A program made the translations under genes and the position numbers. The notes beneath the pieces were generated by a model. The model was not told where the DNA came from. It did not search any database and saw only the letters and a program-made list of their open reading frames with translations. This document shows positions 62,400 to 64,000 of a stretch of DNA of 64,000 nucleotides, piece after piece. This DNA is from Harriotta raleighana (Eukaryota): positions 1,379,114-1,443,113 of the forward strand of contig JBNZDD010013686.1 of the NCBI GenBank assembly GCA_050575255.1, in the 5' to 3' direction. Every line of letters begins with the position of its first letter. The stretch's first letter is position 1.

Positions 62400-63250
62400 A
62401 TTTTTCCACCTCAAAATCATTTGCTTGTTCCCTCTTAATATTAGAAAAAATTGAGGATAAGGAGAAGCAAAATTAAATCAAGGCAATATTTTATACTGCG
62501 GTTTGGAGGCTCACTGAAATCCAGTTATTTAATCTCATTGATTCTCACCATTCTATGAGATTAAATTACTGGATTTAATAGCAGTGAATTATCCGATTCC
62601 AATAAGAAGTTCCGATTGTCATGTACTCTGAGAAGATATCCTTTTGGGATATATAGGCTTTCCTATGCAGCATTTCGTAAAATAATCCAGAATCAAAAGG
62701 AGAGGAAAAAAAATCAAAAACATCAATCGACTCCTGATCATCCTCCAATGACTGTTTGGACCCTGCACTCATGTCAGCGAAGCAATGAGTACTTCATTGT
62801 GTTTCCAAATGGAGCTACATCAGGAATGGTGATATCTGATGAGGCATTACTTTCAAATCACAACTGAACAACAAAGGGGGTTAATTTATGAGTCACAGAA
62901 GAATTAGTAAAAGGCCAATCCAAGAGTATGTAGTGGCTAAGCCTTTGTGAGTGCCTTCGGACACGGACCTCACCAATGTCAATGTCCAAGTGAAGCTGCT
63001 TAGTTACCAACGACAAACAAACATTGAGCTGAAGTAAGAGGAATTCTGGAAGGTTTATTGCTATGAATGAGCCCAATCAGCCCATCATTATCTCTGTTGG
63101 TCGTTAGCTTCCCCCACTGGAGCATTCTGGTCCAAGTTCCATTCGTATGGTCTTTCCCCGTACCCTTTAATATTATTATCTGTCCTCTTATGGTAAATTT
63201 CCGATAACTGCTCCAAGGTATAAGAGCGCAGTGACGAGTTATCTGGAGTG
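62400..63250 (-). mobile_element. Very old LINE (CR1-like) remnant
   Basis: Fragments such as CTGGTCCAAGTTCCATTC...GTACCCTTTAA...TCTGTCCTCT resemble reverse-complemented CR1 RT sequence. Weak; boundaries uncertain. Confidence 0.35.
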
Positions 63251-63509
63251 GTGAGTTATGGATATATATATATATCTTTCTATATATATGTATAAATACA
63301 CACACATAAACAATTCTCTTTTTACTCAAAAGATCATTACTTATCCTCATTGAAACCATTCATAATTTCAAAGCTGCTCAACTAGTCATTACACTTTGCA
63401 GTGATAAATCCTGTGTGGTGCTTTGAGATACCTCAACAATTATGGTTTGACATTTATTTTGAGTGTAAATGTGGAATCATATATATTTTATTTAAAAGTT
63501 AATGCACTT

Positions 63510-63590
63510 CACGATACATTCTGTGAAGCACTTTGAGACACCTCAAAGACGTGCTGAGGCGCTAAATCAAATGCAAAGATTATAATTAGG
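63510..63590 (+). mobile_element. tRNA-headed SINE 3' tail fragment
   Basis: ATTCTGTGAAGCACTTTGAGACACCTCAAAGACGTGCTGAGGCGCTAAATCAAATGCAAAGATTAT. Confidence 0.75.
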
Positions 63591-64000
63591 TCCAGTTAGG
63601 TTTGGAGTAAGTCTGGTGAAAGCATGGTGATGTGTGGAGTATCACAAAGTTTACGGTATATTGACTGACAGCAACATACGGTATCTTGGCGTTGAAAGAT
63701 ATCTTTTAAATAAAGTTGCCAACCCACTTATAGCTCAGTAAAAAAATTCCTTGTTACACTCATGGTTACCCTACGATTAAATTAGCCTGACGGCATCATC
63801 GCTATAATTAAGTATGGGTGCTTGATGGACTTATCCTGCATGAATTAGGTTACTGTAGATTTGTAACAGTACACATGCAATAACTCCACCGAAAGCCTAA
63901 CCCAACCATTGGCTGATCTGATATCATCATCTCACTATTAATCAGTAATTAGTCTTAAATAAAATGGCATTTGTAAATTGCATTTCAGTTTACAGATTTT

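Noticed and set aside
35953-64000. GPC4 exon 1 and promoter CpG island
   Set aside because: No CpG island or signal-peptide exon seen; intron 1 appears to extend past the window end.

Overview
AT-rich vertebrate DNA, most likely from a cartilaginous fish. The repeat complement (tRNA-headed SINEs, Deu-domain SINEs, L2, CR1, Penelope pLTRs) looks holocephalan/chondrichthyan to me; this is inference, not a database result. The whole window lies inside one gene, glypican-4 (GPC4), on the minus strand. Coding exons 2-6 are at 35794-35952, 20580-20971, 12518-12683, 6649-6779 and 5379-5522. All have GT-AG boundaries, splice in frame, and together carry 11 of the 14 conserved glypican cysteines. Exon 1 and exons 7 onward were not found and presumably lie outside the window. 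The rest is intronic and dense in mobile elements. Most notable observations: (1) a ~950-bp CpG-rich chimeric retroposon in intron 6 whose head is a frameshifted histone H2B coding sequence joined to a SINE segment and an L2 LINE 3' tail, with a nest of fold-back palindromes at its 5' junction; (2) three TSD-flanked Penelope-like insertions carrying five minimal hammerhead-ribozyme motifs, three of them sense to the GPC4 pre-mRNA and one with an intact core; (3) a young SINE about 20 nt from the exon 6 donor with inverted partners upstream (circRNA/A-to-I editing candidate); (4) a Tigger-type MITE with perfect TIRs; (5) an odd T8A7G splice acceptor on exon 4. Repeat boundaries were read by eye and are approximate unless a TSD or TIR is given.
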